A stretch of 64,000 nucleotides of DNA from Candidatus Sumerlaeaceae bacterium (GCA_051003195.1 JBPCLP010000047.1:149745-213744); one strand, 5' to 3'; shown: positions 50,401 to 60,003, counted from the first letter of the stretch. The notes: generated by a model from the sequence alone, not told the origin. Numbers and translations: made by a program.

Positions 50401-50863
50401 GGCAGCCATCCCCCTGGAACTCCAGGATGAAGCCGTTGAAAAAATCCACCACGTGACCGCAGATCGCGTAATACGCGTCCAGGATTTCCTTCGTCTCCTC
50501 CGGGCGCAGATGCTCGCACAGCCGCGTGTAGCCCACCAGGTCCACAAACACAACCGTCGCGCTGCGGTACTGGTCCTCCCCTCCGCGCAACGCCCGCTCC
50601 AGCCGCGTGCGATGCTGCATCATCAGGATCTCGCCAAGGTCACCCAGACCGCCCGAACCCGGCATCAGCGCCTCGCCGTCCCCCAGCAGGTCCCGCTCCT
50701 CGCGGCTCGCAATACGAGGCAGAGTCTCGTCCACCAGCACCGCACCACAATAGCGGCACAGCTTCGCCTTCTCCTTAATCCACTCCGCGCAGGCCGGGCA
50801 CTCTTTATAACCGGGTTTTTGTTCAGTCATGGCTGAGGTTCCACATTTTAGTAAAGCGCCCAA
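47447..50863 (-). CDS. Multidomain signalling protein: Zn-ribbon, class III adenylate/guanylate cyclase, STAND/AAA ATPase, TPR repeats.
   Basis: 1138 aa. N-terminal CPACAEWIKEKAKLCRYCG. Cyclase core: ATVVFVDLVGYTRL...GDGCLAVFGAP...FGNAVNLAARI. P-loop GEPGIGKTRLA. The C-terminal half contains many TPR-like repeats. Confidence 0.75.
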   Translation of the reverse strand: MGALLKCGTSAMTEQKPGYKECPACAEWIKEKAKLCRYCGAVLVDETLPRIASREERDLLGDGEALMPGSGGLGDLGEILMMQHRTRLERALRGGEDQYRSATVVFVDLVGYTRLCEHLRPEETKEILDAYYAICGHVVDFFNGFILEFQGDGCLAVFGAPMAYERDAESAVRAALAILERIKAMPEMHGHRVKASAGIETGVVLSSVIRTRTPPIYKVFGNAVNLAARIKGVAKPGALMIGPETYDIVRELFKCKKSGMHEFKNIAKKVMVYEVLSARGPEAQRRDFSVPFVGRERELQKLTDVWVRCFDGRGSDVATYERVSGGESERRVCGVVLEGEPGIGKTRLALEFAQRQAGAVIGHVEGAPYSAKVPWELWRGVLSSLLEGAARNPGESDWKRVERALERLGYSRVDATPILAMLGDPRALDNIQALPPLAAQRLLRTELRALLERIAGRATALVLILDDLQWSDRTSTEALNALLASPPKKTFFMVAYRNEESTDIAQMRALERVRLRGLDLRSRRALFGALADLQDILPEVRERLIHQEAGNPFYMMELARNAARAIAEGIKPASMYAEFDPENPSTSAGELVPPSLLEILQSRIDSLDERRKLVLQCAAVLGKRFSLEFIEFFNFIQEGLLARLYSLKTLQLLDDNITVTGLEFFFLHHITREVSYRTLLVRQRRELHTFIATELERKYADRLAPYAPVLAYHWTQAEDDARSIPYLRMSGDQASGMGAIPDAMEHYEEALKRLHRLAPTPENRKVVATILRARAKLQRLSGEPRRALESLASALDALGKSRDNRLLSRIRLEAGLALQMTGEYDRAQKEFETALPMARKHGDVDVIADLVQGLGLCWWSRGDFGKARELFETALEVDLSEGHPSIAAAVRNNLALVEWKAGELKKAAGLLREALRFQQITGDKFLICATVMNLGILEENLGNSEAAEKHYREALALAERLQYQQVLTATHANLANLFLSQQHGVDAMRHSAAAYEIAEKIEDRRSAAIALENLALSNLILHNPGECRKLVKQANRVAEELGDAERMFSLELVDIEAAIVEKPGNGLAKRLAKAERSLQLFGYEAERPRLLRLTAQHHARTNDPAKAKVAAALALDAARKQNNVPEQGRTRALIQNLK

Positions 50864-53800
50864 TTTCCTACATTGCTGACAGCGCCATAAGGGATTACGA
50901 CGGTGAATTCAGGTGACACTATAAAGTCGTTCGTCTGCACGTCCACGCGGTACCAGTGAGGTATTGCTTTGTTAAGTGTATTATCGATAAAAGGCGAGGA
51001 TGTCAGAGGGAGATTCTCATTCACCAATGACCAGGGACCGGTGCCCGATTGGGAGCTTCTCATGATGCGATACGTGAGCAAGTTTGAAGGTTTATCCTGC
51101 TCGTCAAAATGGAGTTCTGCTACGCCGCTTACGATAATGACCTGGCCATTGTTTGCCGCACCTTGCCCAAATAATATCGCAAACTTATTTCTGGTATCGT
51201 CAGGGACGACAAATCCGTTTACATCTCTTGCCTGACTTATGCGAAGCGTGTTCGTGCCATCGTCGCTGGCGCTTTGCGGGGCGTGCCGTCCCTGCCATGT
51301 CCGTGCGTTCACCCAACCGGGCACTGCTTCCAGAACGTTCTGTGTGTATGGCGCTGTACGCGCGAATGTCACTGCCGGCGAGATGGATTGATTCATATCG
51401 CGGCTGAATGTCAGAGTGAAAGTCGTCGGATGCCAGTCGACCACCTTGCCGCCATCAGGCGGTGAAGCGTTCAATAGACAAGTGGGTGCAGAAGTACTCA
51501 GAGCGCTGGTTATCAGGTTTGGTGCATGCGGGGAGTAATTCAGGTAGAAACCGGATGTTCCATCCCGCCCATCCTGGATATACGGATCAATGTCATACGG
51601 CGAAGGATTCGTATTCATCAGCAATGTCGCCGAAGTGCCCCAGAAGTTACCGCTGAATGTTTTGCCCCCCCCTCCGAGCGGCAACTGGTTATCATGAGCA
51701 TCTGCGGCAAGGTTACCGAACAGGTTTGACCCCGTTATGCCACTTGAGCCGAGGCTTGTCACACCGTATGTGGTGTTTGATGTAACCGAGCAGTTTGTCA
51801 GTGTGGCGGCATTCGAGCCGCTCACGCCAGCGGCTCCGTTGCCGATCACGATACATCCGGCAACCGTGCCATTTGTCTGGATGCCATTACCCGTATTTCC
51901 AACTATGCTGCTGTCGGAAACATTGCCGTTATTAATGCCAAAACCGAAGTTTCCGCCGACGTAGTTTCGTGTTCCATTTGTCACGCCGTTAAGACCCGAG
52001 CCATTTGCGCTGACGGCGCTATCCTGCAGCGTGGTCACTCCGCTTGCTGCGCTGCCTGTGTTGCCGGAAATTGTGGAACCGACTACACTCGAACTGCCGC
52101 TGCCGGCTACCCCTGTGCCAGTGTTGCCTTTGACACTACAGCCGTTTACTGTCGAACCCGCCGTCGCAGCAATACCACCGCTCCCGTTTTGGTTGCTCGT
52201 ACAGTTAAGCGCCGTACCACCGCTATTTATTGAAATTCCAACCCCACCGTTGGACTGGGAGGTGCTTGCACTCACATTCCCTGCGGTGCACAAAATGCCT
52301 GCGCCGCCATTGGAGGTCGCGCTGCTGCTGGTCACGGAACCGGCGCTTACTATACCGCGAGCTGCATTGCCTGCAGCGGTACCATTCGTTACGCCGCTAG
52401 CGAGCAGGCCGTCACCATTGCAGGTATTTACAGCACAATCGACAGCGCTGCCGTTGGTTTGTAATCCATGGCCCCTGCTCCACGTCGCTGAGCAATTGAG
52501 CGCATTGCGCGCACCAAGTGTCAGGGCTGACCCGCGCGAATGCAGAACATCGCAACTGTCAACGGCAGCAGTGCCGGCATCGCTCTGAATTCCATACCTC
52601 GGCGAGGCTTCTGAGGTACAGTTCTTAATGGTCGTCGCGGAGTGTTGGTTAGTGAGCGCACCGCGCTGAAACTTGCAATGTTCAAGGTTCGCACCCGACG
52701 AACTGCCGCTGATATGAATCCCGCCCCAACCCAGCGAGCCCGCAAATTTTGCTACGAAGATGTCGCCTGTCTGGTCCCCATCACTGCTTGCCTGTGCCAC
52801 CAATGCGATACTCCGAGGTTCAGCAGTACCGAAATACGCCGTGTTATCAATCCAACCGCACGAAACAACGTCACCGTTGGGAAGCGCGGCAAGCCCGGAA
52901 CAGGTGTCTCCGAAAAGTCCGTTTGCGGTATTAACGTTATCAGTGCCACCCTGTGGCTTCGCCCACGCTAGCGTGCCGTCGCTTCGGTACTTCGCAATAT
53001 AAGCGCAATCGGCGTTGCTGCTAAGCGTCGTTGGGTTGTCATTAAGTCCAAAACCTGCGTCACCACGGAAGCGTCCACCAATGTAGCATGAGCCGTCGCT
53101 GTTCGTGGCAACTGCGAAACCGATGTCGAGCAAGGGCGCTATAATGGAAGCTCCCGCACGCTTCGCCCACGCTAGAGTCCCGTCGGCGTTGTAGCGCGCA
53201 ACGAATATGTCTTCTCGCCCGCCAGAAACGAGAGTCGTCTGATAAAACTCTGCCGCGCCAAAGATAGCAGTATTATTAAAATAACCTGTTACCATCGCGG
53301 AACCATCCGCAAATCCGCTCACCGCATAAGCCTGGTCAGAAGAAGGTGAGCCGGCCGTTTTTACCCATGCAAGGGTTCCATTAGCGTTGAAATGAGACAC
53401 AAATATTTCACCTACGCCACCGCTGGCGTTGCTCACATTCGTTTGCCCGGCGGCACCCGGACCTGGGGACTCTCCGAGCCCAAAAACTGCATTGCCACCA
53501 ATTGCTCCGACGACAGTACAGCTCTGGTCGGGAAAAGCGCATACTGCCCTGCTGCTATCTTGAACCGCACCCGAAGTCCCAAACTGTTTTGCCCAAAGTA
53601 GGGTTCCAGCCGAATTGTATTTTGCCAGAAAACCGTCAAGCGACCCAGTGGATGTCAGCACCGTTCCCGGCGCGGCACCAAGTGTAATGCTGCTGGTAAA
53701 ATCCCCGGTTACAATAAAACCATTGTCTGCAGTGGGGGCTACTCCAGAAGCATAATTGTTGCTTGTAGAGGAATTTGCAATACGCCTGGCCCAAATCAGT

Positions 53801-56175
53801 TGTCCGGAAGTTCCGTTGAACTTGGCGATAAAAGGTTCCGTGTAATCAAACGAAACGGCCCCTGTGACTGAAATGGAAGTTTCGTTGGGTTCTCCGGACC
53901 CGAATACAGTGGTGCCAGTTATGCGGCCAACTACTACCACATTGCCTGAGCTGTCAGCACTGATTCCGGAGCCTGCCGGCTTGTACGAGAACAGGCTCGA
54001 ATGGAAGCTTTTGGCCCAAAGGACAAAACCATCCCGGCTATACCTTGCGACAAAGGGCTCCGAGTAGTTCGGGGAGGTGATTGTAATAACCGAGCCGTCA
54101 GCGGCTTTAAAACTGGCCGAAGAACGGATAAACCCAGTGATGGCGTAGCCACCGTCCGGGAGGGATGTAATTGCTGTGGCATGGCTGGGCTTCAGCCCTC
54201 CTGCCCTGGTTGCTGTCACTAGATCGTCATCGGTCGTTGTAAGGTCGTACCTGGGTGACGCGCCCGTGAATGTGATGGGCTGTGAGACCGTTCCCTGTGC
54301 GGTCAGCGTACCGCTAAGCAGATCCAGACTCGCCTGGGGCTCCACCAATACTGTCGTGCCCGGCTGAATGCTTAAACCGGACTGTACGTTGATCCCACCC
54401 TGGAGCACGTAGGTTTTGTTGTTTGTCCAGTTTAAGGGGGAAAAATAGGAGCCGCCGGCAATATACTCTTTCAGCTCTCCGGTGAGCACAATCGACAGGG
54501 CTTGTGAGTAGCTTCCGCCGTTGGCCGATATCGACAAGGTAAAATAGCGGGGTGCGGCTGTCGCAAGGCCGGAGAGTGAAATCTGCAGTGGCAGGACATT
54601 CAAGCCGCTGTTACCATGAGTTAACGCGTTCCAGCTGGATGTCGTCACCAGCACGCTTGCCAGTGTTTCGGTTGTTGAAAGCGTTGCGCTGAAGGTCCCC
54701 GTGTCCGCGCGGCCGTTATATAGCATTATTGCCAGGTTTGCTGTTTCGCCGGCATCCAGTCTGCCGTCGGCGTTATTACTTCCCAGCAGTGTCGTATTAT
54801 CGTCGACGATAATCGAAGCGACGGAAAACATCGGGTTCATGGCCGTGGTAATCGCAGCAGCGGCATTTACTTTTCCGAAGCCGGCGCCGTCAGACGGCGA
54901 AAATTCGGCAATGGAGGAAGCTGTGCGTTTCAGATGATCGGCAATAGCAGGTCCGCCCTGAAGCGGGTTACTCGCCTTCACCAAGGCGCCTACACCGCTG
55001 ACTATTGGACAAGCATAGCTCGTACCGCTGCCATAGTTCCCATTGTATAGGCCGCCCGGGATGGTTGAGTATATTGTATTGCCTGGAGCAAAGAGGTCAA
55101 CCAGGTCACGTTGTGTGCCATTGTAATTAGAGTAAGCAGCTCGCTTGCCTGCATCGTCGAGTGCACCAACTCCAACCACACTAGGCCAGCTTGCAGGGTA
55201 GACTGGTGCGCTCCCCTGTCCTTCGTTGCCTGCGGCAGCCACTACCAACACCCCGGCTGCACTCGCACCGTCGCAGGCCTCTTTAAGCGTAGTGTTAGAA
55301 CTGCTGAATCGGATGCTCATATTGATAACATGCGCATTCTTTATTACTGCACGATCTACTGCACGTGCAGCATCGTCCGCGCTTATGAATCCCCCGGAAT
55401 TTGCAACGTCGAGCGAGAGGATACTGGAACCGAAAGCGACACCTGCGATACCTTCGTTATTATACGCCTCAGCTGCGATAATGCCCGCCACTCGAGTACC
55501 GTGACCGAGATCGTCGGCTATTGTAGTATTATCGTCTGCGAAATTGTAGGAATTCGCCAGATCTAGAACATCCATCAGATCGGGATGATTCCGATCGACG
55601 CCAGAGTCGATGACCGCGACCTTTACATTTGACCCGCCCGCTGTTGCCTGGCCTGCCCAGCCCGCTTCAAGGTTAACCTGCGCAAAATCCGTCGCCTGCT
55701 GAGGCAGGTAATCCGGATCGGTGGGAGGCAAAACAGCTAGGGTGCCGAGGTGGTTTGGTTCTGCATATTCGAGCGCGACAACCTCGCGCAGTTCGATTGC
55801 GATTTGTTGGATATCGGCGCTCGCCGGAAACTTGAGACGATGAATACGTCCACTGCGATCGTTGAGGGCGGCACTTTTACTACGTAAATGACCACGTGGC
55901 TTTGCCCCTTGGAAACCATGTTTCTGGAGTATTTCCGTCAGGCTGGTGCTTGCATCGCTGTATGAGCTAAATCCATTGCGGTTCCGAGCGTCGCGTTCGG
56001 CTATGCTGGGAACCTTTCCCGCATACTTTACCAGCAGTTCCCCGGCCACGTAGTCTTTCTCAGGCTTTGCCGTGGCTTGCACCGACAGTGTGCAGATAAC
56101 GCTGGTCAGCACTAGGACCAGCCATTTTCCCATTCCTTGCATGATGCTCCTCCCGTCCAGCGGCAACTCCATCAA
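50848..56175 (-). CDS. Giant secreted subtilisin-family (S8) serine peptidase with beta-propeller (SBBP-like) and beta-helix repeats.
   Basis: 1775 aa. Signal peptide present. S8 triad contexts: VAVIDSGVD (Asp), HGTRVAGIIAA (His), GTSYACPIVSGVGAL (Ser). Repeated ...DGFLAKYNSAGTLLWAK... beta-propeller-like units, and Asn/Gly/Ser/Thr-rich beta-helix-like repeats. The 3' end overlaps the cyclase gene start by 16 nt. Confidence 0.75.
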   Translation of the reverse strand: MMELPLDGRSIMQGMGKWLVLVLTSVICTLSVQATAKPEKDYVAGELLVKYAGKVPSIAERDARNRNGFSSYSDASTSLTEILQKHGFQGAKPRGHLRSKSAALNDRSGRIHRLKFPASADIQQIAIELREVVALEYAEPNHLGTLAVLPPTDPDYLPQQATDFAQVNLEAGWAGQATAGGSNVKVAVIDSGVDRNHPDLMDVLDLANSYNFADDNTTIADDLGHGTRVAGIIAAEAYNNEGIAGVAFGSSILSLDVANSGGFISADDAARAVDRAVIKNAHVINMSIRFSSSNTTLKEACDGASAAGVLVVAAAGNEGQGSAPVYPASWPSVVGVGALDDAGKRAAYSNYNGTQRDLVDLFAPGNTIYSTIPGGLYNGNYGSGTSYACPIVSGVGALVKASNPLQGGPAIADHLKRTASSIAEFSPSDGAGFGKVNAAAAITTAMNPMFSVASIIVDDNTTLLGSNNADGRLDAGETANLAIMLYNGRADTGTFSATLSTTETLASVLVTTSSWNALTHGNSGLNVLPLQISLSGLATAAPRYFTLSISANGGSYSQALSIVLTGELKEYIAGGSYFSPLNWTNNKTYVLQGGINVQSGLSIQPGTTVLVEPQASLDLLSGTLTAQGTVSQPITFTGASPRYDLTTTDDDLVTATRAGGLKPSHATAITSLPDGGYAITGFIRSSASFKAADGSVITITSPNYSEPFVARYSRDGFVLWAKSFHSSLFSYKPAGSGISADSSGNVVVVGRITGTTVFGSGEPNETSISVTGAVSFDYTEPFIAKFNGTSGQLIWARRIANSSTSNNYASGVAPTADNGFIVTGDFTSSITLGAAPGTVLTSTGSLDGFLAKYNSAGTLLWAKQFGTSGAVQDSSRAVCAFPDQSCTVVGAIGGNAVFGLGESPGPGAAGQTNVSNASGGVGEIFVSHFNANGTLAWVKTAGSPSSDQAYAVSGFADGSAMVTGYFNNTAIFGAAEFYQTTLVSGGREDIFVARYNADGTLAWAKRAGASIIAPLLDIGFAVATNSDGSCYIGGRFRGDAGFGLNDNPTTLSSNADCAYIAKYRSDGTLAWAKPQGGTDNVNTANGLFGDTCSGLAALPNGDVVSCGWIDNTAYFGTAEPRSIALVAQASSDGDQTGDIFVAKFAGSLGWGGIHISGSSSGANLEHCKFQRGALTNQHSATTIKNCTSEASPRYGIQSDAGTAAVDSCDVLHSRGSALTLGARNALNCSATWSRGHGLQTNGSAVDCAVNTCNGDGLLASGVTNGTAAGNAARGIVSAGSVTSSSATSNGGAGILCTAGNVSASTSQSNGGVGISINSGGTALNCTSNQNGSGGIAATAGSTVNGCSVKGNTGTGVAGSGSSSVVGSTISGNTGSAASGVTTLQDSAVSANGSGLNGVTNGTRNYVGGNFGFGINNGNVSDSSIVGNTGNGIQTNGTVAGCIVIGNGAAGVSGSNAATLTNCSVTSNTTYGVTSLGSSGITGSNLFGNLAADAHDNQLPLGGGGKTFSGNFWGTSATLLMNTNPSPYDIDPYIQDGRDGTSGFYLNYSPHAPNLITSALSTSAPTCLLNASPPDGGKVVDWHPTTFTLTFSRDMNQSISPAVTFARTAPYTQNVLEAVPGWVNARTWQGRHAPQSASDDGTNTLRISQARDVNGFVVPDDTRNKFAILFGQGAANNGQVIIVSGVAELHFDEQDKPSNLLTYRIMRSSQSGTGPWSLVNENLPLTSSPFIDNTLNKAIPHWYRVDVQTNDFIVSPEFTVVIPYGAVSNVGNWALY

Positions 56176-56396
56176 TGCTACATTTGTCTCTCAGACGCGA
56201 CCGCAAATCAAAAACGGCTCTCACCTTACACAGGGGGCTGTCAATAAATACCTGCGCTCCGACTACCAAAAATACTGTGGAAATTTAACGAAAAAAAGCG
56301 GTGGCTGCACTAGAAATCTGATTGACTCTCTTCCTGTGCACTGGCGAACCCGCCGCGCACTATTCAGTCGTTTATTTTCCACCGTGAGGTTCATCA

Positions 56397-56960
56397 GTGA
56401 AGAGTTTTTGCCTCTCCCTAGTCCTCCTTTCTGCAACGATTCCGGTTCTAGGGCAAACAGCTGCTGTTTTATGCACCGATCCGGACGCATGTGATCCCGT
56501 GTCCGGATTCACTTTTTCATGGACCAATAACGTTGCCCATAGTGGCCATACAGGAGGGATCATCAACACCAGTGATGCCAGTTCGCCACTGGCGGTTCAT
56601 GCTTATAATACAGCAACGGGATACGGATGCATTTCCTGGGATAGTACTGGTCACGTCCTTAGAATCACCGATTGTGCCGGAACAGACACCGACATTATGG
56701 TCCATGAAAATGGAAGCGATAATGACTGCTGGTACTATGACATCGTCAATGGCCACATCAGGGGAAGGTATAGTTCGGACTGTCTGAATATTGATCGCTG
56801 TCCGGCACAGCCGTATGACTGCGAACCGTGTGCATCTGTCTGCAATCCTTGCGCTAATCCATACTGGGAGTTCAGTAATGGGTCTGCGAGACAATACAGG
56901 CAATATTCTAAAAAACGCTCACCTGTTACTCGTGTTGCAAAAAAGCCAAAAAGCCGTTAG
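56397..56960 (+). CDS. Secreted Cys-rich protein (hypothetical; possible beta-trefoil/lectin-like); low-GC gene.
   Basis: 187 aa. Signal peptide present, 14 Cys, and three C...xW-type segments (SWTNN, ISWDSTG, CWYYD). Local GC is about 48%. Confidence 0.45.
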   Translation: MKSFCLSLVLLSATIPVLGQTAAVLCTDPDACDPVSGFTFSWTNNVAHSGHTGGIINTSDASSPLAVHAYNTATGYGCISWDSTGHVLRITDCAGTDTDIMVHENGSDNDCWYYDIVNGHIRGRYSSDCLNIDRCPAQPYDCEPCASVCNPCANPYWEFSNGSARQYRQYSKKRSPVTRVAKKPKSR

Positions 56961-56966
56961 AATCCG

Positions 56967-57356
56967 TTGCTAACTGGAGGAACCATGGGAAAAACTCTTT
57001 TTACATGTCTGATTGTACTATGCGGTGGGCTGGCAACTGCGGATGGACACGTTACCATTGTTACTAAAGCGGCCATTGGTCAACGTCAGTATAATCGCAC
57101 CATATATTATACCGGGCAGTCGTCACACGCCCTTGTGGACGTAGCGAAAATGGCAAGCGTACACCCACCGTTGTTACTCAGTTCCGCTAGCCACCGCTTG
57201 GTTACATTCAGTTGGGATCAATATGGTCACGTAAAAATCCGGCATAACAACAGTCCCAACACGGCTCCCTATCGGGTCCTGACTAAAAAAGATACCCCCG
57301 GATACGAATTCAGAACCTTCAGAGATTTGGGAAATGACTTTTTCTCAATAAACTAG
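56967..57356 (+). CDS. Small secreted hypothetical protein; low-GC gene.
   Basis: 129 aa. Signal peptide present. No motifs recognised. Confidence 0.4.
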   Translation: MLTGGTMGKTLFTCLIVLCGGLATADGHVTIVTKAAIGQRQYNRTIYYTGQSSHALVDVAKMASVHPPLLLSSASHRLVTFSWDQYGHVKIRHNNSPNTAPYRVLTKKDTPGYEFRTFRDLGNDFFSIN

Positions 57357-57369
57357 CGCGTATACTACC

Positions 57370-58062
57370 TTAATGTGCGTCGCTTAGCGCGTGGCGTAGC
57401 TGCGTGCGCAGTATATTGCCAAAGCTAACCGTGCCATTGGTCGAATCATACGGAATATCGGCTCCCAGCAATGCACCAGGACGAGGATTAAAATCACTCA
57501 ATGGAACTGCCGGAAAGGACTGACTGTATTTTCGATCCGGTCCATTACTGCACGTCCTCCAGTCGCCATAGCGGCGTTGCGCGCCCAAGTTATAGGTATC
57601 ATTGTCCACGCCTTCAGGCGGCAGGCGTGTGTAATCAGGTCCGTAATTCGCATATTCCTGTGCATCCACCACCTTCGTATAGGTGTAGTATTTGGCTTCG
57701 TCGGGTGGAACCCCGAAACGGATAATGATTTCCTTTGCCGTAAACGGATCAGGCAATCGCGAGCTGCTGATGTATGCAATTGGCGTTGAAAGCTGCACTG
57801 GAGTGACGTTGTAAACGAGGTCATTCGGCGGGTAGTGGTTGTGATCGACAACATATGACTCCAGCCCCGTCGCTATCGTTCGCAGATCCGCCTTCGCCCG
57901 AGACACCTTCGCCCGCGTCTGCGCCTCCAGGAAGTTCGGAACCGCGATCGCCGCCAGGATCGCGATAATCGCGACCACGATCAGCAGCTCGATCAGCGTG
58001 AAAGCGGCGAGGTTGCGGCCCGTGCCGGGTCGCCAGGCAGGTAGGGGAGTGGCGTGACGCAT
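57370..58062 (-). CDS. Prepilin-type N-terminal cleavage/methylation domain protein (pseudopilin-like).
   Basis: 230 aa. Class III signal and methylation motif FTLIELLIVVAIIAILAAIAVP near the N-terminus. Confidence 0.7.
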   Translation of the reverse strand: MRHATPLPAWRPGTGRNLAAFTLIELLIVVAIIAILAAIAVPNFLEAQTRAKVSRAKADLRTIATGLESYVVDHNHYPPNDLVYNVTPVQLSTPIAYISSSRLPDPFTAKEIIIRFGVPPDEAKYYTYTKVVDAQEYANYGPDYTRLPPEGVDNDTYNLGAQRRYGDWRTCSNGPDRKYSQSFPAVPLSDFNPRPGALLGADIPYDSTNGTVSFGNILRTQLRHALSDAH

Positions 58063-58206
58063 GGAGTGGGGTTCCTGATGGGGTTTGCGTCCTCATCCCA
58101 CCCCAGCGCCAAACTTGCAACTTCAAACTTACCCCTACCCCCCAACCACTAACCACACTTAATAGTCCGAACGGGGCGATCCTCTGTGCGGTAGCGTCGG
58201 CCCAGG

Positions 58207-59676
58207 CTAAAGCCTGTGACCACTTGTTGCCATCATTTCAGAGGACGGCAGTCCGAGGAGATCAATAAGGATTTCGTCCTTTCCGATTTCGATCTTATCC
58301 GTAATGGCTTCAATGATTTTCCGTTTGTCCTCATGCTCCAGCGTCGGCCAGCGGGTATATAAGTCCGCCGCTTCGTAGGCGACCTGGTCACTGGAGAGCA
58401 GGTTGACTTTGAGGTAGTCTAACTCGCCCTCCAAACGGGGTATCTGCTCATCCAGTTCGCGGTAGCGGGTTTCCAGCGGGCCGTAACGTGCGGCAAAACC
58501 TTCCTCACTTATGTGGTGGCCGATGTAGAGTTTGTAGGTTCGATCCATCTCGGCAGACAGCTTTTCTTGTTGGGCCTGGAGGGCGGCTAGCTGCTCCTGC
58601 TTGTCGGTGATGGCCTGCTCGGATTGCAGCAGGTATGCCTTTATGTCCGCAGATGAGAGAGCAAAGTTCTTAAGCTGTTCGTAAAAGATGCCTTCGAGAT
58701 CTATGATTGGGATCTTGTTCCGGCATACCTGGCATACGTATTTTGGCGTATTCGAGGGCACGTACATTTTGCCCCCACAGGTGCAGACGGTCACCCCGGC
58801 AAAAAGGTGCACCGGTCGCCGCGCCGGTACCTTCTTGTTACCACCCTGTTCCAGCAGAATGTGCTGGACCCGGCTCCAAAGCTCTTCGGAAAGGATCGGT
58901 TCGACCTTGCTATAGATCCACTCGCTTTCCGGTTTAATGACCTTCTTGCCTTCGGTGAGCGTCGAGTAGTTCGCCCGGTAGAGCCCTTTGGGGGTTGTAT
59001 CCCGTAACAGCCGGTCAATTCCGGTATGCTCAAACAGCTTGCCGGCGCGGGTCCGATGCCCCGCGTCATTGAGTAGATCCGCGACGGTACTCTTGCGCTT
59101 GTGCTCAACAAACAGTTCGAAGATGAGCTTACGAATGGGCGCTTCTCTGGAGTTCGGCACCATCTTGTTGTCCACCCACTGATAGCCAAAGGGCGCTTCA
59201 CTGCCAAGCCGCTTTCCGAGCTTGGCACGGATAGGGACCGATGCTCTGATACGGTCCGCGATTTCTTCGCGCTCCCAGGTCGCCATGGCAGCAATGACTG
59301 TATAAAAAAAGCGGCCAATTGGCGAGGACGTATCGATAGATTCCTGAAGCGACACCAAATGAGCACCGTGCGTCTCAAACAGTTCCGCAAATTCCAGAAG
59401 TTCCTTCGTATTTCGGGCCAGCCGGGCGAGTTTTGAGAACAAGAGTCCCTGGATGTGCCCACGTTTGACGTCGGCAAGCATCCGTTGGGTCTCTTTCTCA
59501 GCGATCACCGACTTGCCGCTGACGCCTTCCAGGTGGTAGACCTCGACCACCTGCCATTCCTTGATTTCGGCATACTGGCGAGCGCGTCGCTCGTGGTGCT
59601 CGGGACTGTCACCCTTGGCCTGGTCTTCGGTTGAGACCCGAATCCAGATGCCGACACGTTTGGTTGATTCTACCAT
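58207..59676 (-). mobile_element. Large serine recombinase (resolvase/invertase catalytic domain plus recombinase domain plus zinc ribbon/coiled-coil).
   Basis: 489 aa. N-terminal catalytic domain VGIWIRVSTEDQ...LARLARN (Ser nucleophile context). Long C-terminal domain with a Cys cluster (CTCGGKMYV...CQVCRNK) and a coiled coil, typical of phage or ICE integrases of the serine family. Confidence 0.8.
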
Positions 59677-59775
59677 CTTGTTACTGTCACTCCAAAACAG
59701 GCGATACGTCCTAAGGTTCTACGCAGATCACGTCCTGTCATTTACAAACCAAACGCACTTTGTTAGAATTCGCCT

Positions 59776-60003
59776 ATGAACGATCTATCCAAGCAACTGC
59801 ACGATTTCGAGCAACGCCAAACAGCGTTGATCGAGACGGTCGCACAACGTCTCGACCTACTGGCCGATGATACGCGCGATCTTAAGCGTGATGTTCGATC
59901 CATTTTGCAGATGGAAGCCGGCAATACCCGTGACCTTGTGCTGTTGACCCACCGAGTCGAAGCGATCGAACGCGAAGTCGGTATTCGACCCGCTCAGGCA
60001 TAA
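59776..60003 (+). CDS. Small coiled-coil hypothetical protein.
   Basis: 75 aa. Sits between the recombinase and the ATPase gene. No motif recognised. Confidence 0.3.
   Translation: MNDLSKQLHDFEQRQTALIETVAQRLDLLADDTRDLKRDVRSILQMEAGNTRDLVLLTHRVEAIEREVGIRPAQA

Noticed and set aside
58063-58120. Inverted repeat ggagtggggttcc.../...cccaccccagc as a recombinase att core
   Set aside because: The match is imperfect and short, and gtgggg-type strings are common in this GC-rich DNA. It cannot be distinguished from chance without the other element boundary.
58063-58206. A tRNA gene as the integration target next to the serine recombinase
   Set aside because: Scanned the flanks (56176-56396, 58063-58206, 59677-59775) for T-loop GTTCGAATC-type and D-loop motifs; none were found. 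No tRNA-like cloverleaf is evident anywhere in the window.
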